DNA of 64,000 bases from an uncultured delta proteobacterium (GTDB lineage: Bacteria > Myxococcota > Myxococcia > Myxococcales > Myxococcaceae): assembly GCA_963776345.1 (NCBI GenBank), contig CAVZMH010000003.1, forward strand, positions 153,271-217,270, read 5' to 3'. The stretch's first letter is position 1, and every line of letters starts with the position of its first letter. Positions 10,395 to 20,914 of this stretch are shown here, piece by piece. The notes beneath the pieces were generated by a model. The model was not told the DNA's origin and searched no databases. It was given only the letters and a program-made list of their open reading frames with translations. The position numbers and the translations under genes are program-made.

Positions 10395-11437
10395 CCGGCG
10401 CGGCCGGGTGGCTGAACCCACGGTGGCAGCTGTTCCTGATGCGGCTGCGGACGTTCACTCGCGAGCCCTCGGCCACCTTCTGGGTCTTCGGCTTCCCCTT
10501 GCTGATGTCCGTCGCGCTCGGGCTCGCCTTCCGGAACCAGGGGGCGACCCGGCTCTCGGTCGCGGTGGCCGAGGGGCCGGAGCGGTCGGCGGTGCTCTCC
10601 GCGCTCGGGGCGAGCGAGGGGCTGAGCGCCTCGGCGATGACGCTCGAGGAGGCGCGCGAGGCGCTCCGGCGCGGCCGGGTGGCGCTGGTGGTCGTCCCCG
10701 CCGCGACGCCCCGGCTCCTGCTCGACCCCACGCAGCCCGATGCCCGCACCGCGCGGCTGCTCGCGGTGGACGCGATCCAGCGGGCGGCCGGGAGGAGCGA
10801 TCCGCGCGCGCTCGCCGAGGAGCAGGTGACGGTGCCGGGAACCCGGTACATCGACTTCCTCGTCCCCGGGCTGCTCGGGTTCGGGCTCATGTCGTCCAGC
10901 ATCTGGGGCCTGGGGTGGGTGGTGGTGCAGATGCGGATGGGGAAGCTCCTTCGCCGCCTCGCCGCCACCCCGATGCGCCGGCTCGACTTCCTGCTGGCCT
11001 TCGCCGCGGGAAGGCTCCTGCTCGCGCTGCTCGAGGTGCTCTTCTTCCTCGGCTTCGCCCGCCTGATCTTCGACGTGCGGGTGGCCGGAAGCGCGGTGAC
11101 CTTCGTGGTCTGGGCGCTGGCCGGAGCCCTGTCCTTCGCCGGCCTCTCGGCGCTGGTGGCCAGCCGGGCGGAGAGCTCCGAGACCGCCGGCGGGCTGATG
11201 AACCTGGTCACCCTGCCGATGACCGTGCTGTCCGGCGTCTTCTTCTCCGCCAGCCACTTCCCCGCGTGGCTCCAGCCGGTGCTCCGGGCGCTCCCGCTCA
11301 CCGCGCTCATCGACGGGCTCCGGGCCATCTCCATCGACGGCGCCGGGGCGGCGGCGCTCGCGTGCCCGGACTGGTGCTGCTGGCCTGGGGCGCGGGGAGC
11401 TTCGCCCTCGCGCTCCGACTCTTTCGCTGGAGCCTGA
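10391..11437 (+). CDS. ABC-2 exporter permease (apparent compensating indels near 11360 and 11433)
   Basis: REP..FW.FGFP, RYIDFLVPG, LRRLAATP, LSGVFF, LPLT; the expected last helix ..LRLFRWS is in a shifted frame. Confidence 0.9.
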   Translation: MTGAAGWLNPRWQLFLMRLRTFTREPSATFWVFGFPLLMSVALGLAFRNQGATRLSVAVAEGPERSAVLSALGASEGLSASAMTLEEAREALRRGRVALVVVPAATPRLLLDPTQPDARTARLLAVDAIQRAAGRSDPRALAEEQVTVPGTRYIDFLVPGLLGFGLMSSSIWGLGWVVVQMRMGKLLRRLAATPMRRLDFLLAFAAGRLLLALLEVLFFLGFARLIFDVRVAGSAVTFVVWALAGALSFAGLSALVASRAESSETAGGLMNLVTLPMTVLSGVFFSASHFPAWLQPVLRALPLTALIDGLRAISIDGAGAAALACPDWCCWPGARGASPSRSDSFAGA

Positions 11438-11439
11438 GC

Positions 11440-13099
11440 GCGCGGAGCCGGGCAGCGGCCACGAGGACGCCGGGCGCGTGCTCATCTCCTCCAGCCACTG
11501 CGCCTCGCCGAGCCGGGCGATGGCGGCCTGCTGCCGGCCGAGCTGCTCCTCGCAATAGGGGAGGAGCGCCTCGAAGTGGAGGTAGAGGACCGAGAGCGTG
11601 GCGAAGGCCTCGAGGCCTGACGGGTTGCGGGACACCACCCGGGCGAGCGCCCTCCAGAAGGGCCCGCGGAGTCTCCGGGTCCGGGTGGCGGTCCAGCAGA
11701 GCCGGAAGAAGGTCCTGACGTTTCGAAGGAAGAGCCGGAACCCGGGGACGAGGTTGGGGAGGGTGTTCAGCCGGACGACCGCCTCGGCGCATCGCGCGAA
11801 GTAGTGTGACGGCTCGAAGGAGTGCCGCAGGACGCGCAGCAGGTCGTCCAGCACCTGCGATGGCGGCCGTCGGGTCCGGAACTGGATGCCCGCCGAGATC
11901 TGGTCCCGGATCGCCTCGTCGTCGAAGTTCCGTGCGGCCGGAAAGAGCCGGCCTTCGGCGTCCAGCCGCCGGGCCAGCTGCGTGCCGGGCAGCGGATAGA
12001 CCACGCCCGCCATCACCCAGGGGATGGAGGTGGCGTCGATGCACTGGATGATCCGCTCGCCGATGTCGGCCGCCTCGTCGTCCAGGCCGAGCAGGAACCC
12101 CGAGTGGACGGTGGCGCCGGCCTGGCGGTAGATCCGATCGACCGCCTCGGGGATGGAGAAGCCGGTGTTCTGCGGCTTGAGCGCGGTGCGCAGGGCCTCG
12201 GGGTCCGGGGTCTCGATCCCCACCAGGAAGTACTTGAAGCGCGCGGCGCGAAAGAGCGCCAGGAGCTCCTCGTCCTGCGCGACGTTGAGGGTGACGCTGG
12301 TCGAGAACTGGAAAGGTTGCCCGTGGCTCTCCAGCCAGCCGGCGAGCTCGCGGAGCAGGGCCTTGGCCTTCGGGACGTGGCCCACCAGGTTGTCGTCGAA
12401 GAAGTCGACCTGTCCTCGGTAGCCGAGCCGGTACAGCGCCTCGATCTCGGCGAGGACCTGCGCCGGGCTCTTGGTGCGGTAGCGGTGGTCGAACAGGTCG
12501 ATGACGTTGCAGAATTCGCAGTGGTGGGGGCACCCCCGCGAGAACTGGACCGCCATGTAGAGGTAGTCCCGGTGGTCCACCAGATCGAACCGGGGGACGG
12601 GCGTCCCGGCGAGGTCCGCGGTGCCCCCCGGCTCGTAGACCCCGGAGGTGATTCCCCGGGCGAGATCGGCGAGAAACCTGGGGAGGGTGAGCTCGGCCTC
12701 GCCCAGGCAGAGGGCCAGGGGACCCACGCTCCGGTACAGCGCGGGGTGCAGCGTGGGGTCCGGTCCTCCGACCACCACCACCTTCTTCAGCGCCACCGCC
12801 TGGCGGATGACCGCCAGAGCCCGTTGCCGGTGGACGATCTTGCACCCCACCAGGACCAGATCCGCCCAGTGGAGGTCCGCGTCCTCCAGAGGACGCACGT
12901 TCTCGTCCACCAGCCGGAGCTCCCAGTCGGGCGGGAGGAGTGCGGCCACGGTGAGCAGCCCGAGCGGTGGGGTCATGTACTTCACCCCCACCAGCTGGCA
13001 GACCCGCTCGAAGTTCCAGAAGGAGAAGCTGCCGAACTTGGGCCAGACCAGCAGTGCGCGTCGCCGTGGGCCGCTGCCGTCCTGTGGGGGTCCCCTCAT
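11440..13099 (-). CDS. B12-binding radical SAM enzyme (HpnP/DUF4070-like); 3' end uncertain
   Basis: PPLGLLTVAA, VGGP, QFSRGCPHHCEFC (CxxxCxxC), DDNL, GIETP; no stop codon before the convergent permease. Confidence 0.88.
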
Positions 13100-13193
13100 C
13101 TCGGGGACCTTGGTGCAGCCCAGGTGAATGCGTCTTGACCGTGGTCAAGCCGGCTTGCGGCCCTCCCGGCGCCCCTGGTACGGCTTATGGCTC

Positions 13194-14783
13194 GTGCCCA
13201 GGCGCGCCAACCTTGCACGGGATGATCAGCGGGCGCTCGCCGTGCTCGCCGAGATCGGGCGGGCGCTGGCCCGCGCCGGCGAGCCCCGCTCTGCCCTGGA
13301 GCGTGCGCTCGAGCTGCTCGAGGGGGCGATGGGGATCGTCCGCGGGGCGGTCTTCCTCTTCCACGAGGACTCCGGGGCGCTCCAGGTCGACGCCGCGGTG
13401 GGCATCACCGACGAGGGCCTCGGGGCGCGCTACCGGCCGGGGGAGGGCATCATCGGCCGGGTCTTACAGTCGGGCCGCCCGGTGGTGGTGCCCGCCAGCG
13501 CCCGCGAGCCCCTGCTCCTGAACCGCGCGTTCCAGCGGCGGCGCACCGGCGCCCCCGAGGTCAGCGTCCTCTGCGTGCCCATCGCCTTCGACCGGCAGCC
13601 GGCCGGAGTCCTGGTGGTGGACGTGCCCTTCCGCGAGGGGCGGGACTTCCAGTCCGAGATGCAGTTCCTCGGCGTGGTGGCGGCGATGATGGCGCAGGCG
13701 CTCCGGGCGCAGCGGGCCATCGAGGACGAGCGCAGCCGGCTCGTGGCGGAGAACAAGAACCTCCGCTCCGAGCTGGAGGAGCGTTACGACCTGTCCAACA
13801 TCGTCGGCACCAGCGGGCCGATGAAGCAGGTCTACGAGCAGATTGCCCAGGTGGCGCAGACCACCACCACCGTCCTCATCCGCGGCGAGTCCGGCACCGG
13901 CAAGGAGCTCATCGCCCACGCCATCCACTACAACTCCCCGCGCGCCCAGAAGCCCTTCGTCAAGGTGAGCTGCGCCGCGCTCCCGGACACGCTGATCGAG
14001 TCCGAGCTCTTCGGCTACGAGAAGGGGGCCTTCACCGGGGCGCAGGCCAGGAAGCGTGGCCGCTTCGAGCTGGCGCACGGCGGGACGCTGTTCCTCGACG
14101 AGGTGGGCGAGCTCAACCTCGCCACCCAGGTGAAGCTCCTCCGCGTGCTGCAAGAAGGCGAGTTCGAGCGGCTGGGCGGCACCGAGACCATCAAGGCCGA
14201 CTTCCGTCTCGTCGCCGCCACCAACCGGGACCTGGAAGCGGCGATGGCCGAGAAGCAGTTCCGCGAGGACCTGTACTACCGGCTGAACGTCTTCTCCATC
14301 TTCGTCCCGCCGCTCCGCGACCGGAAACCGGACATCATGCTCCTGGCCGATCACTTCCTCATCAAGTACGCGCGGCGGCACAACAAGAGCATCAAGCGCA
14401 TCGCCACTCCGGCCATCGACATGCTGATGAGCTACCACTGGCCGGGGAACGTCCGCGAGCTGGAGAACACCCTCGAGCGCGCGGTGCTCACCTGCGACGG
14501 GCAGGTCATCCACGGGCACCATCTGCCGCCCACGCTCCAGACCGCCGAGGCCTCTGGCACCACCGTGCAGTCCTCGCTCTCCGACGCCATCGAGCAGTAC
14601 GAGAAGGACCTCATCCTCGATGCGCTGAAGAGCGCACGGGGCAACCGGGCCAAGGCGGCGCGGCTGCTCGGGACCACCGAGCGGATCATCGGCTACAAGA
14701 TCCGCAAGTACGAGATCGAGGTGTCCCGGTTCCGCGGCGCGCCGTCGCCGGCGGCGGTGCGGCGGAGGACCGGGACCCGCTAA
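13194..14783 (+). CDS. NifA-like GAF-AAA+-HTH sigma54-dependent activator
   Basis: GAF domain, GESGTGKE, GAFTGA, LFLDE, WPGNVREL, Fis-type HTH; GTG 13194 chosen as start (ORF open from 13128). Confidence 0.93.
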   Translation: MPRRANLARDDQRALAVLAEIGRALARAGEPRSALERALELLEGAMGIVRGAVFLFHEDSGALQVDAAVGITDEGLGARYRPGEGIIGRVLQSGRPVVVPASAREPLLLNRAFQRRRTGAPEVSVLCVPIAFDRQPAGVLVVDVPFREGRDFQSEMQFLGVVAAMMAQALRAQRAIEDERSRLVAENKNLRSELEERYDLSNIVGTSGPMKQVYEQIAQVAQTTTTVLIRGESGTGKELIAHAIHYNSPRAQKPFVKVSCAALPDTLIESELFGYEKGAFTGAQARKRGRFELAHGGTLFLDEVGELNLATQVKLLRVLQEGEFERLGGTETIKADFRLVAATNRDLEAAMAEKQFREDLYYRLNVFSIFVPPLRDRKPDIMLLADHFLIKYARRHNKSIKRIATPAIDMLMSYHWPGNVRELENTLERAVLTCDGQVIHGHHLPPTLQTAEASGTTVQSSLSDAIEQYEKDLILDALKSARGNRAKAARLLGTTERIIGYKIRKYEIEVSRFRGAPSPAAVRRRTGTR

Positions 14784-14866
14784 GCTGACTGCGGCCGCCC
14801 GGATCTCGCCAACTGCAGCCCGCCTGACGTCACCCTGACCCGGACCTCGACCGCGGCCGCCCTGAC

Positions 14867-15559
14867 CTAGAGCGGCTTCCCGGCGGCGCGGAGCACGTGG
14901 GCGGCGATCTCCTCCACGCCCACCCCGTGCGTCACCTGGGCGAAGACCGTCGGCCCGGCGCCCCGCATCCTCCGGGCGTCGCGGTCCATCACCGCCAGGT
15001 CTGCGCCCACGTGCGGCGCGAGGTCGGTCTTGTTGATCACCAGCAGATCCGACTGGGTGATGCCCGGGCCGCCCTTGCGCGGCACCTTGTCCCCGCCGGC
15101 CACGTCGATGACGTAGATGGTGAAGTCCGCCAGCTCGCGGCTGTACTGGGCGGCCAGGTTGTCGCCCCCGCTCTCCACGAAGAGCAGCTCGGGCGCGGGG
15201 CGGACCTCCTTCATCAGCCGCTCGAGCGACAGGAGGTTGTGGCTGATGTCCTCGCGGATGGCGGCGTGGGGACAGCCGCCGGTCTCCACCGCCCGGATGC
15301 GCTCGGTGGGGAGCGCCTGGTTGCGCACCAGAAACTCGGCGTCCTCGCGGGTGAAGATGTCGTTGGTGACGACCCCGAGGCTCAGGCGGTCGCGCAGGAG
15401 CCGGCACAGCGCGAGGACCAGCGCCGTCTTCCCGCTCCCCACCGGGCCGCCGACGCCCACGGTGAAGGCCCGCTCCCCGGTGTCGCGCCGGAGGGGGCGC
15501 TCGCGATGGTGGTAGTGGCCGGGGTGGTCGGCGTGGGTGTGGTCGCCTTCGTGGCCCAT
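14867..15559 (-). CDS. ureG: Urease accessory GTPase UreG with His-rich N-terminus
   Basis: [26 protein letters not shown]. Confidence 0.97.
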   Translation of the reverse strand: MGHEGDHTHADHPGHYHHRERPLRRDTGERAFTVGVGGPVGSGKTALVLALCRLLRDRLSLGVVTNDIFTREDAEFLVRNQALPTERIRAVETGGCPHAAIREDISHNLLSLERLMKEVRPAPELLFVESGGDNLAAQYSRELADFTIYVIDVAGGDKVPRKGGPGITQSDLLVINKTDLAPHVGADLAVMDRDARRMRGAGPTVFAQVTHGVGVEEIAAHVLRAAGKPL

Positions 15560-15574
15560 CGTCTTTCGAGCTCC

Positions 15575-16210
15575 TCAGGATTGGAACAGCCGCGAGTGGA
15601 GGCGGTCGTGCGTGCCCTGGAGCAGGTCCAGGAGCGGCGCCGGCTGTGCCAGGTCGTCGACCCCGAGCGTGGCGCACCGGCCGGCCACCTCGTCGAGCGC
15701 GGGGGCGAGGTCGACCAGCAGCCGCTGGGCCTCGTAGGTGCCGGCGAGACCCAGGCGCACGCCAGCGGAGAGGACGCCTCGCCCGGTGCTCCAGAGGAGC
15801 AGCCGGAGCGTCTCGTCGAGCGACATGCCCAGGGCGCGGAACACCGTGCCCCAGAGCGGGGCCAGGTGCATGCACAGCCCGTCGGGGACCGGGGGCGCCT
15901 CTCCCGGGAAGACCCGGCTGCAGGTCGCGAAGAACGCGCCGCCCTGCGTCCGGCTGGCGCGGTTGGCCACGTGGCTGGCGAGGAAGGCGTCGGCCCGGGC
16001 GTCGAGCCGGGCGAGCGCCGCGGGGTCGAGCCAGGCCTCGCGGGCCAGCGGGAGCGCCCCGAACCCCGCCTGCCAGAGCGCCAGCCGGGTGAAGGCGGCG
16101 AGGTCGGTCGCCTCGCCGGCCTGCGCCGCCGCCTCGAGCCCCGCCGAGTGGGCGAAGCCCCCGGTGGGAAACGCCGAGTCGGCGAGCTGGAGGAATCGCC
16201 AGGAGGACAA
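15575..16210 (-). CDS. ureF: Urease accessory protein UreF
   Basis: LQLADSAFPTGGFAHSAGLE...SRLFQS. Confidence 0.95.
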   Translation of the reverse strand: MSSWRFLQLADSAFPTGGFAHSAGLEAAAQAGEATDLAAFTRLALWQAGFGALPLAREAWLDPAALARLDARADAFLASHVANRASRTQGGAFFATCSRVFPGEAPPVPDGLCMHLAPLWGTVFRALGMSLDETLRLLLWSTGRGVLSAGVRLGLAGTYEAQRLLVDLAPALDEVAGRCATLGVDDLAQPAPLLDLLQGTHDRLHSRLFQS

Positions 16211-16217
16211 GGGGGGC

Positions 16218-17927
16218 CTAGAAGAGCGAGTACCGCTGGGCGAGGGGGAGGGTGCGCGCCGGCTCGCAGCGGAGCAGCACGCCGTCGGCGCGAACCTCGT
16301 ACGACTCGGGGTCCACCTCGAGCTTTGGAAGCGCGTCGTTGAGCTTCATGTCCTTCTTCCCGAGGCCCCGGCAGCCGCGCACCGCCGACAGGCGCTTCTT
16401 GAGCCCGAGCCTCGCCACCGTCCCCTCGGCCAGCGCACGCGGCGAGACCAGCGCGAGGCTGGTCGCTCCCGGCGACCGCGCGCCGAACATCGGCCGCATC
16501 AGGAGCGGCTGCGGGGTGGGGATGGACGCGCCGGCGTCTCCCATCTGCGCCCAGGCGATGAAGCCGCCCTTGATGACCAGCTCGGGCCGCACGCCAAAGA
16601 AGCCCGGCTTCCACAGGACGAGGTCGGCGAGCTTGCCCACCTCGACCGAGCCCGCCTCGTGGGCGAAGCCGTGGGCGATGGCCGGGTTGATGGTGTACTT
16701 CGCGACGTAGCGGCGGATGCGAAGGTTGTCGTTGTCCCCGCGCTCCTCGGGCAACCGGCCGCGCTGCTCGCGCATCTTGTGGGCCGTCTGCCAGGTGCGG
16801 GTGATGACCTCGCCCACCCTGCCCATGGCCTGGCTGTCGCTGGACATCATGCTGATCGCCCCGAGGTCGTGGAGGATGTCCTCGGCGGCGATGGTCTCGG
16901 CACGAATGCGGCTCTCGGCAAAGGCCACGTCCTCGGGTATTTCCCGATCCAGGTGGTGGCAGACCATGAGCATGTCCAGGTGCTCGTCCAGCGTGTTCAC
17001 CGTGAACGGCCGGGTGGGGTTGGTGGACGATGGGAGCACGTGCGGCACGCCGCAGACCCGGAGGATGTCCGGGGCGTGGCCGCCGCCCGCGCCCTCCGAG
17101 TGGTAGGTGTGGATGGTCCGGCCCCCGAAGGCGGCGATGGAGTCGTCCACGAAGCCCGACTCGTTCAGGGTGTCGGTGTGGATGGTGACCTGCACGTCCT
17201 CGCCCTCGGCCACGCCGAGGCAGCAGTCGATGGTGGCCGGCGTCGTTCCCCAGTCCTCGTGCAGCTTGAGGCCGATGGCGCCCGCGCGGATCTGGTCCAG
17301 CAAGCCCTCGGGCCGGGAAGTGTTGCCCTTCCCGGTGAAGCCCACGTTCAGGGGCAGGTCGTCGACGGCCTCGAGCATGCGGGCCAGGTTCCAGACGCCC
17401 GGGGTGCAGGTGGTGGCGTTGGTCCCGGTCGCCGGGCCGGTGCCGCCGCCGATCCACGAGGTGATGCCGCTGGCCAGCGCCTCGTCGGCCTGCTGGGGGC
17501 TGATGAAGTGGATGTGGCTGTCGATGCCCCCGGCGGTGAGGAGCAGGCCCTCGCCGGCGATGGCCTCGGTGGTGACGCCCACGGTCATCCCCGGCGTGAC
17601 GCCGGCCATGATGTCCGGGTTTCCTGCCTTGCCGATGCCGGCGATGCGCCCGTCCTTGAGGCCCACGTCCGCCTTGTAGACGCCGGTGTGGTCGAGGATC
17701 AGCGCGTTGGTGATGACCACGTCGAGCGCGTCCCGGTCCGCGGCGCCGGCCTTCTGCCCCTGGCCGTCGCGCAGCACCTTCCCGCCGCCGAACTTGCATT
17801 CGTCGCCGTAGGTCGTGAGGTCGCGCTCCACCTCGGCGACGAGCGCCGTGTCGCCCAGGCGCACGCGGTCTCCCGTGGTGGGCCCGTAGAGGTCGGCGTA
17901 GTGACGCCGGTCGAGACGGCGGCTCAT
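16218..17927 (-). CDS. ureC: Urease alpha subunit
   Basis: [38 protein letters not shown]. Confidence 0.99.
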   Translation of the reverse strand: MSRRLDRRHYADLYGPTTGDRVRLGDTALVAEVERDLTTYGDECKFGGGKVLRDGQGQKAGAADRDALDVVITNALILDHTGVYKADVGLKDGRIAGIGKAGNPDIMAGVTPGMTVGVTTEAIAGEGLLLTAGGIDSHIHFISPQQADEALASGITSWIGGGTGPATGTNATTCTPGVWNLARMLEAVDDLPLNVGFTGKGNTSRPEGLLDQIRAGAIGLKLHEDWGTTPATIDCCLGVAEGEDVQVTIHTDTLNESGFVDDSIAAFGGRTIHTYHSEGAGGGHAPDILRVCGVPHVLPSSTNPTRPFTVNTLDEHLDMLMVCHHLDREIPEDVAFAESRIRAETIAAEDILHDLGAISMMSSDSQAMGRVGEVITRTWQTAHKMREQRGRLPEERGDNDNLRIRRYVAKYTINPAIAHGFAHEAGSVEVGKLADLVLWKPGFFGVRPELVIKGGFIAWAQMGDAGASIPTPQPLLMRPMFGARSPGATSLALVSPRALAEGTVARLGLKKRLSAVRGCRGLGKKDMKLNDALPKLEVDPESYEVRADGVLLRCEPARTLPLAQRYSLF

Positions 17928-18679
17928 GGCTGCCCCCGGTGGTGGAAGCCCCGCTTCTGTGCTTCGCCGAGGAACCGGGCCCGCCCGGCCTCGGTCACCT
18001 CTCCGTCTCCGAGCGCGTTCCCCCCGTGCACCACCCGCGCGCCGGCGAAGGCGACCAGCTGCACCGTCCTGCTCTCCCCCGGCTCGAAGCGGACGGCCGT
18101 CCCGGCGGGAATGTCGAGCCGCATCCCGTAGGCGCGGGCCCGGTCGAACTCCAGCGCCCGGTTGGTCTCGGCGAAGGGGTAGTGGCTGCCCACCTGGATG
18201 GGCCGGTCGCCGCGGTTGAGCACCGCGAGGCTCACCGTCTCGCGGCCGGCGTTCAGCTCGATGTCGCCCTGCGCGGCCATCACCTCGCCCGGCGTCGGGA
18301 TCTCGCCGGCGGGGGGGAAGGCCTTGGGCACGGGGAGGAAGCTGCCGTGGAGCGCGAGCCCGAGGTCTCCCTGCTCGACGGCGATCGGGTGGTGCACGGT
18401 GACCAGCTTGGTGCCGTCCGGGAAGGTGCCCTCCACCTGCACCTCGGCGATGAGCTCGGCGACGCCGGGGAGCACCTGCGCCCGGCCGAGCATCCGGCGG
18501 CCCAGGTCCATGAGCTCGGCCACGCTCCGCCCCTCGCGGATGAACTCCAGGATCTGCGCGGAGATCAGCGCCACCGCCTCCGGATAGTTGAGGCGGAGCC
18601 CGCGGGCGAGGCGCTTCTGGGCGAGGGCTCCCGCGCCGTGAAGGATGAGCTTGTCGATGTCACGCGGCGACAGATGCAT
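17924..18679 (-). CDS. ureAB: Fused urease gamma/beta subunit
   Basis: [18 protein letters not shown] fused in frame to [21 protein letters not shown]. Confidence 0.97.
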   Translation of the reverse strand: MHLSPRDIDKLILHGAGALAQKRLARGLRLNYPEAVALISAQILEFIREGRSVAELMDLGRRMLGRAQVLPGVAELIAEVQVEGTFPDGTKLVTVHHPIAVEQGDLGLALHGSFLPVPKAFPPAGEIPTPGEVMAAQGDIELNAGRETVSLAVLNRGDRPIQVGSHYPFAETNRALEFDRARAYGMRLDIPAGTAVRFEPGESRTVQLVAFAGARVVHGGNALGDGEVTEAGRARFLGEAQKRGFHHRGQP

Positions 18680-19448
18680 CGAGCCTCCAGGGGTCGTCCC
18701 CGAGCAGCGAGGGAAGGGTGGCGAGGTGGCTGCGCAGCCGGTTCACCAGCTGCTGGACGGAGCCGGCGGCGAGCCGGAGCACCAGCGCTCCGTCCCGGAG
18801 CGGGCTCGCCGACTCGACGAGCGGTGCGCCGGGGAGCGCCGGACCGGCGTCCACCCGCGCGCGGACCGCCTCGGCCATCCCGCCGAAGAGGGGCCCGGCG
18901 AGGAGCAGGGTGCCGAGGGCCCCGAAGCGGCCCATCCGCACGTCGAGTGGACCGTGCGCGGGGTCGAGGAGCCAGGTCTCGTCCAGGAACGGCAGGACGC
19001 GGAGCGTGCTCCTGACCTCGGTGAAGCCCCAGCGCTCGCGGCCGGCGGAGAGCACCTCCCAGAGCGCCAGCGACGCTCCCGGCCCGAGCGTGACCTCGGT
19101 GCGCTGGAGATGGCGCGCGCCCGCGAAGCAGGCCGTGGGGTCGGGCGCGAGCACCAGCGCTGCGCCCTCAGCCACCCGGGCCACGGTCTCCGACGCGCAG
19201 CCCCGGGCGGAGCGGAAGACCCGGGTCGGTCCCTGCGAGGAGACGAAGGCGCACGCGCCGGGGCCCACCGCGATGTCCAGCTGGAGCCGGTCGCCGTCCA
19301 CCAGCCCGCCTCCGAGCGTGCTGGTGTAGGCCCAGGCCGCGGTGCCGTGGTTTCCCGGGGTGAGCAGCCGAAGCGGGCTCTCGGCGTAGGCGCTCTCCAC
19401 CGCCGTCCGCGTCCCGGCCTGCCGGAAGGCAAGGTGGCCCCGAGCCAT
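18660..19448 (-). CDS. ureD: Urease accessory protein UreD/UreH
   Basis: [23 protein letters not shown]; operon position. Confidence 0.9.
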   Translation of the reverse strand: MARGHLAFRQAGTRTAVESAYAESPLRLLTPGNHGTAAWAYTSTLGGGLVDGDRLQLDIAVGPGACAFVSSQGPTRVFRSARGCASETVARVAEGAALVLAPDPTACFAGARHLQRTEVTLGPGASLALWEVLSAGRERWGFTEVRSTLRVLPFLDETWLLDPAHGPLDVRMGRFGALGTLLLAGPLFGGMAEAVRARVDAGPALPGAPLVESASPLRDGALVLRLAAGSVQQLVNRLRSHLATLPSLLGDDPWRLDASVAA

Positions 19449-19469
19449 GGGAGTGCCTTGTAGCGCGGA

Positions 19470-20159
19470 TCACACCGCGAGGTGCTTGCGGACCTGCGCC
19501 GGATCCAGGTCGGCGATGCGCCCGCGGAGCACGATCTCTCCCCGGGACAGGACGGCGCAGTGCTCGGCCAGCTCCAGGGCGAAGTCCAGGTACTGCTCCA
19601 CCAGGACGATGGTGATCTTCCGCTCCAGCAGCGTCCGGAGCACCCGGCCGATCTCCTTGATGGTCGAGGGCTGGATTCCCTCCGTCGGCTCGTCGAGCAG
19701 GAGCAGCCGGGGCCGCGAGACGAGGGCCCGGGCGATGGCCAGCTGCTGCTGCTGGCCGCCCGAGAGGTCGCCGCCGCGCCGGTTCCGCATGGTGCGGAGG
19801 ATGGGGAAGAGCTCCTCCAGCTCCGAGCGTGGGACGGTGCTCCCCTGGGCCGCCGACTCGCCGACGCTCAGGTTCTCGGCCACCGTGAGCCGGGAGAAGA
19901 TGTCCCGGCCCTGCGGCACGTAGCTCATCCCGCGGCGGGCGCGCTGGTAGGACGGCAGCCGGGTCACGTCCTCGCCGCCGAGCTGCACGCTCCCGGACCT
20001 CACCGGCAGCTCGCCGATCAGGCAGCGGAGGAGCGTGGTCTTTCCCACGCCGTTCCGCCCGAGCAGCGCGGTGCAGGTCCCGGCCGGGACGTCGAGGTCG
20101 ATGCCCCGGAGGGTGTGGCTCCCGCCGTAGTACTGGTCGAGTCCGTGCACGCTCAGCAT
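19470..20159 (-). CDS. urtE: Urea ABC transporter ATPase UrtE
   Basis: QYYGGSHTL, GRNGVGKT, LSGGQQQQL, DEPTEGIQP. Confidence 0.95.
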   Translation of the reverse strand: MLSVHGLDQYYGGSHTLRGIDLDVPAGTCTALLGRNGVGKTTLLRCLIGELPVRSGSVQLGGEDVTRLPSYQRARRGMSYVPQGRDIFSRLTVAENLSVGESAAQGSTVPRSELEELFPILRTMRNRRGGDLSGGQQQQLAIARALVSRPRLLLLDEPTEGIQPSTIKEIGRVLRTLLERKITIVLVEQYLDFALELAEHCAVLSRGEIVLRGRIADLDPAQVRKHLAV

Positions 20160-20914
20160 CAGCGCCCCAGGTAGACGTCGATGACTCTTGGATCCTCGCG
20201 GATGGCCTCCATGGTTCCCTCCGCCAGCACCCGCCCCTCGTGGAGCACGGTGACCTTCCTGGCGATGCTGTCGACGAAGTGCATGTCGTGCTCCACCACC
20301 ACCAGCGAGTGCTTGCCGGCCAGCGACTCCAGCAATTCCCCGGTCCGCGCCGTCTCCTCGTCGCTCATCCCGGCCACCGGCTCGTCGAGCAGGAGCAGCC
20401 CCGGGTCCTGCACCAGGAGCATCCCGATCTCCAGCCACTGCTTCTCGCCGTGGGAGAGGAGGTCGGCGCGGATGCCGCCCTTGCTCCGCAGCCCGATGAG
20501 CCCCAGCACCTCGTCGATGCGCGCGTCCTGCTCAGGGGTCCGGCGGGCGCGGAGCGTGGGGAAGACCCGCTTGTCGGTCTTCAGCGACAGCTCGAGGTTC
20601 TCGAGCACGGTATGGGCGCGGAAGATGGTGGGCTTCTGGAACTTCCGGCCGATGCCGGCATGGACGATCTCCGCCTCGGAGAGGCGGGTGAGGTCGTGGG
20701 CCTCGCCGTACTGCACGTCGCCGGTGTCCGGGCGGGTGCGGCCGGTGATGACGTCCATCAGGGTGGTCTTCCCGGCGCCGTTGGGCCCGATGATGCAGCG
20801 GAGCTCGCCGGGCTCCACCAGGAGGCTGAGCGAGTCGAGCGCCTTGAAGCCGTCGAAGCTCACGGTGACGCCGCTCAGGTAGAGGACCGGTCCGGCCGGG
20901 GTGTCCAGGTTCAC
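20159..20914 (-). CDS. urtD: Urea ABC transporter ATPase UrtD
   Basis: VSFDGFKAL, GIGRKFQKP, LSHGEKQWLEIGM. Confidence 0.95.
   Translation of the reverse strand: MNLDTPAGPVLYLSGVTVSFDGFKALDSLSLLVEPGELRCIIGPNGAGKTTLMDVITGRTRPDTGDVQYGEAHDLTRLSEAEIVHAGIGRKFQKPTIFRAHTVLENLELSLKTDKRVFPTLRARRTPEQDARIDEVLGLIGLRSKGGIRADLLSHGEKQWLEIGMLLVQDPGLLLLDEPVAGMSDEETARTGELLESLAGKHSLVVVEHDMHFVDSIARKVTVLHEGRVLAEGTMEAIREDPRVIDVYLGR

Noticed and set aside
9383..11437. ATPase-permease fusion (684 aa ORF)
   Set aside because: Artefact of the frameshift near 9810; the permease has its own RBS and ATG
13176..13190. sigma54 promoter TGGTACGGCTTATGG before the activator
   Set aside because: The -12 element lacks GC and the site is too close to the start codon
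13194..14783. Nitrogen fixation cluster
   Set aside because: No nif structural genes in the window, so the nifA symbol was withheld
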